Of a DNA stretch of 64,000 bases, positions 62,696 through 64,000 are shown in pieces. The position numbers and the translations under genes are program-made. The DNA comes from Candidatus Multivoradales bacterium. Its GTDB lineage: Bacteria > Acidobacteriota > Thermoanaerobaculia > Multivoradales > Multivoraceae. Numbering within the stretch: the first letter of the stretch is position 1; each line of letters opens with the position of its first letter. Where the stretch lies: positions 3,456,001 through 3,520,000 of the forward strand of contig CBDCWI010000002.1 in the NCBI GenBank assembly GCA_965223325.1, given 5' to 3'. A model generated the notes under the pieces. It made no database searches. It was not told the origin of the DNA and saw only the letters and a program-made list of their open reading frames with translations.

Positions 62696-63747
62696 GCCGC
62701 GCCCCGTACCGAGTCCGGGGCATCGTGGTCGCCGGAGCGGCGGGTCGCCGCCTCGAGCCGCTCACCAGTTTCGTGCCACCGCTCCTCCTGCCAATTACCG
62801 GCGGTCCGGCAATTCGATTTACCCTGCGGGCACTCGAGCGTGCCGGAGTCGAGCGTGCGACCCTCGTCCTCGGTCCGGAGGGCGAGCGCGTCGAGCGCGT
62901 GCTCGGCGACCATTTCGGAGAGCTACCGCTCGACTACAGTCACCGCGAGACCGCCGTTGGTTCGTTCGAGGCGTTCAAGGAACTGCCGGACGGTGCGGCA
63001 GCGGCCGACGCTCTGGTGGTCGTCGATGCCACGGCGCTTTGCCGCTGGCCGCTCAAACGCATGTTGCGTCGCCACCGCAAGCGCGAGGCCGATGCGACCC
63101 TGCTGCTTTCGAAGCGCGCACGGCCCGCGGAAGAGTCTGGTGTCGTGACCGTCGGCCAGAAGGGGCAGATCCTCGCCCTCCGTGACGCCGACCTCGATCT
63201 CGAGGCCGGCGAGAAAACCCGCCGGCTGGTGTTTGCGGGTGCCCAGGTGCTGTCGCCAAAGCTGGTTGCCCAGGGAGGGCCGCGCGGAGACCTCATGCGT
63301 GATCTCTACGAGCCACTGATGATTGGCGGCGGCAGGCTGCAGACGGTTACAACCGGGCGGCATTGGCACCGCGTCACCAGCATCCGGCGCTACCGCGAGG
63401 CAGCGTGGGACTGGGCACACGGCCGTTGGCCACTGCGCGCCTTTCGCTCGCGCTGGATCGCCTCGGAGGCACGTCTCGGCAACCGCGTCCGCATTCGGCA
63501 GAGCGTTCTCGAGGGTGGCGTCGAGGTCGGCGACCGTGCCCGCATCGATCGCAGTTCGGTTCTTCCGGGAGCGCGCATTGGCGCCGGTAGTCGGGTCGAG
63601 GGGTCGATCATCGCGCCGGGAGTCGAGCTCCCCGAGTCGACACGCGTCTCGGGTCGCCTGGTCACGCCGCTGACAGCGGGGCGCGACCCCGGCGCCAACG
63701 ACTCGGTCGTTGGCAAGCTCGTCTATACGCCGATCGGAAAGCGCTGA
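62692..63747 (+). CDS. NDP-sugar synthase-like protein with left-handed beta-helix, divergent active site
   Basis: VAGAAGRRLEPLT..P, C-terminal hexapeptide repeats. Confidence 0.75.
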   Translation: MSRAPYRVRGIVVAGAAGRRLEPLTSFVPPLLLPITGGPAIRFTLRALERAGVERATLVLGPEGERVERVLGDHFGELPLDYSHRETAVGSFEAFKELPDGAAAADALVVVDATALCRWPLKRMLRRHRKREADATLLLSKRARPAEESGVVTVGQKGQILALRDADLDLEAGEKTRRLVFAGAQVLSPKLVAQGGPRGDLMRDLYEPLMIGGGRLQTVTTGRHWHRVTSIRRYREAAWDWAHGRWPLRAFRSRWIASEARLGNRVRIRQSVLEGGVEVGDRARIDRSSVLPGARIGAGSRVEGSIIAPGVELPESTRVSGRLVTPLTAGRDPGANDSVVGKLVYTPIGKR

Positions 63748-63748
63748 G

Positions 63749-64000
63749 GTGGCAAGACCCCACCTCGTGGTCTTCGACTGGGACGGCACCCTCTCCGACT
63801 CGGTCGGAGCGATCGTTGGCTGCGCTCAGGAGGCATTGGCGGCCGCCGGGCTCACCGGCCGCGACGAAGACATCCGTCAGACCATTGGCCTGGGCCTCGA
63901 TGTCTCGGTGCCGCGCTGGAGCCCGGGCATCAGCGAGGCCGACCAGGCCAGGGTGCTGGCTGCCTATCGTTCGCGTTGGATCGGCCATTGGTCTGCCACT
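63749..64000 (+). CDS. HAD-family hydrolase (partial)
   Basis: Manual translation MARPHLVVFDWDGTLSDSVGAI..IGLGL. Confidence 0.88.
   Translation, partial: MARPHLVVFDWDGTLSDSVGAIVGCAQEALAAAGLTGRDEDIRQTIGLGLDVSVPRWSPGISEADQARVLAAYRSRWIGHWSAT

Overview
High-GC bacterial chromosome segment spanning the replication origin. It is probably Acidobacteriota, Thermoanaerobaculia-like; this is inferred from the DnaA 'KHHSTV' signature and a secreted protein with an F-x-D-x-F-E-S C-terminal tail. Left arm: mtnA (partial), a trans-sulfuration enzyme, pseudopilin + comEA, two signal peptidases I, bactofilin-parB-parA-rsmG with three perfect parS sites, jag-yidC-yidD-rnpA-rpmH, tadA, two tRNA-Ser genes, SRP RNA and dnaX-ybaB-recR. 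About 20.6-47 kb is a cell-surface/glycan accessory region: glycosyltransferases, methyltransferases, wzm/wzt, three non-canonical sulfatase-like lipoproteins, two beta-helix paralogs, IS remnants and an ECF sigma/anti-sigma module. Right arm: mutY, dnaA, oriC (phased DnaA boxes plus DnaA-trios), dnaN, recF, gyrB, gyrA, transaldolase and housekeeping genes. Lead hypothesis (inference, untested): an ECF sigma, a zinc anti-sigma whose external tail carries an 'FDFEDG' strand, a secreted jelly-roll protein that appears to lack that first strand, and a nearby secreted protein ending 'FFDDFES...W' form a donor-strand tagging and sensing system. Second lead: an IS21-like end carrying a miniature copy of the oriC DnaA-box/trio architecture. 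All family calls are from reading motifs by eye; no searches were run.
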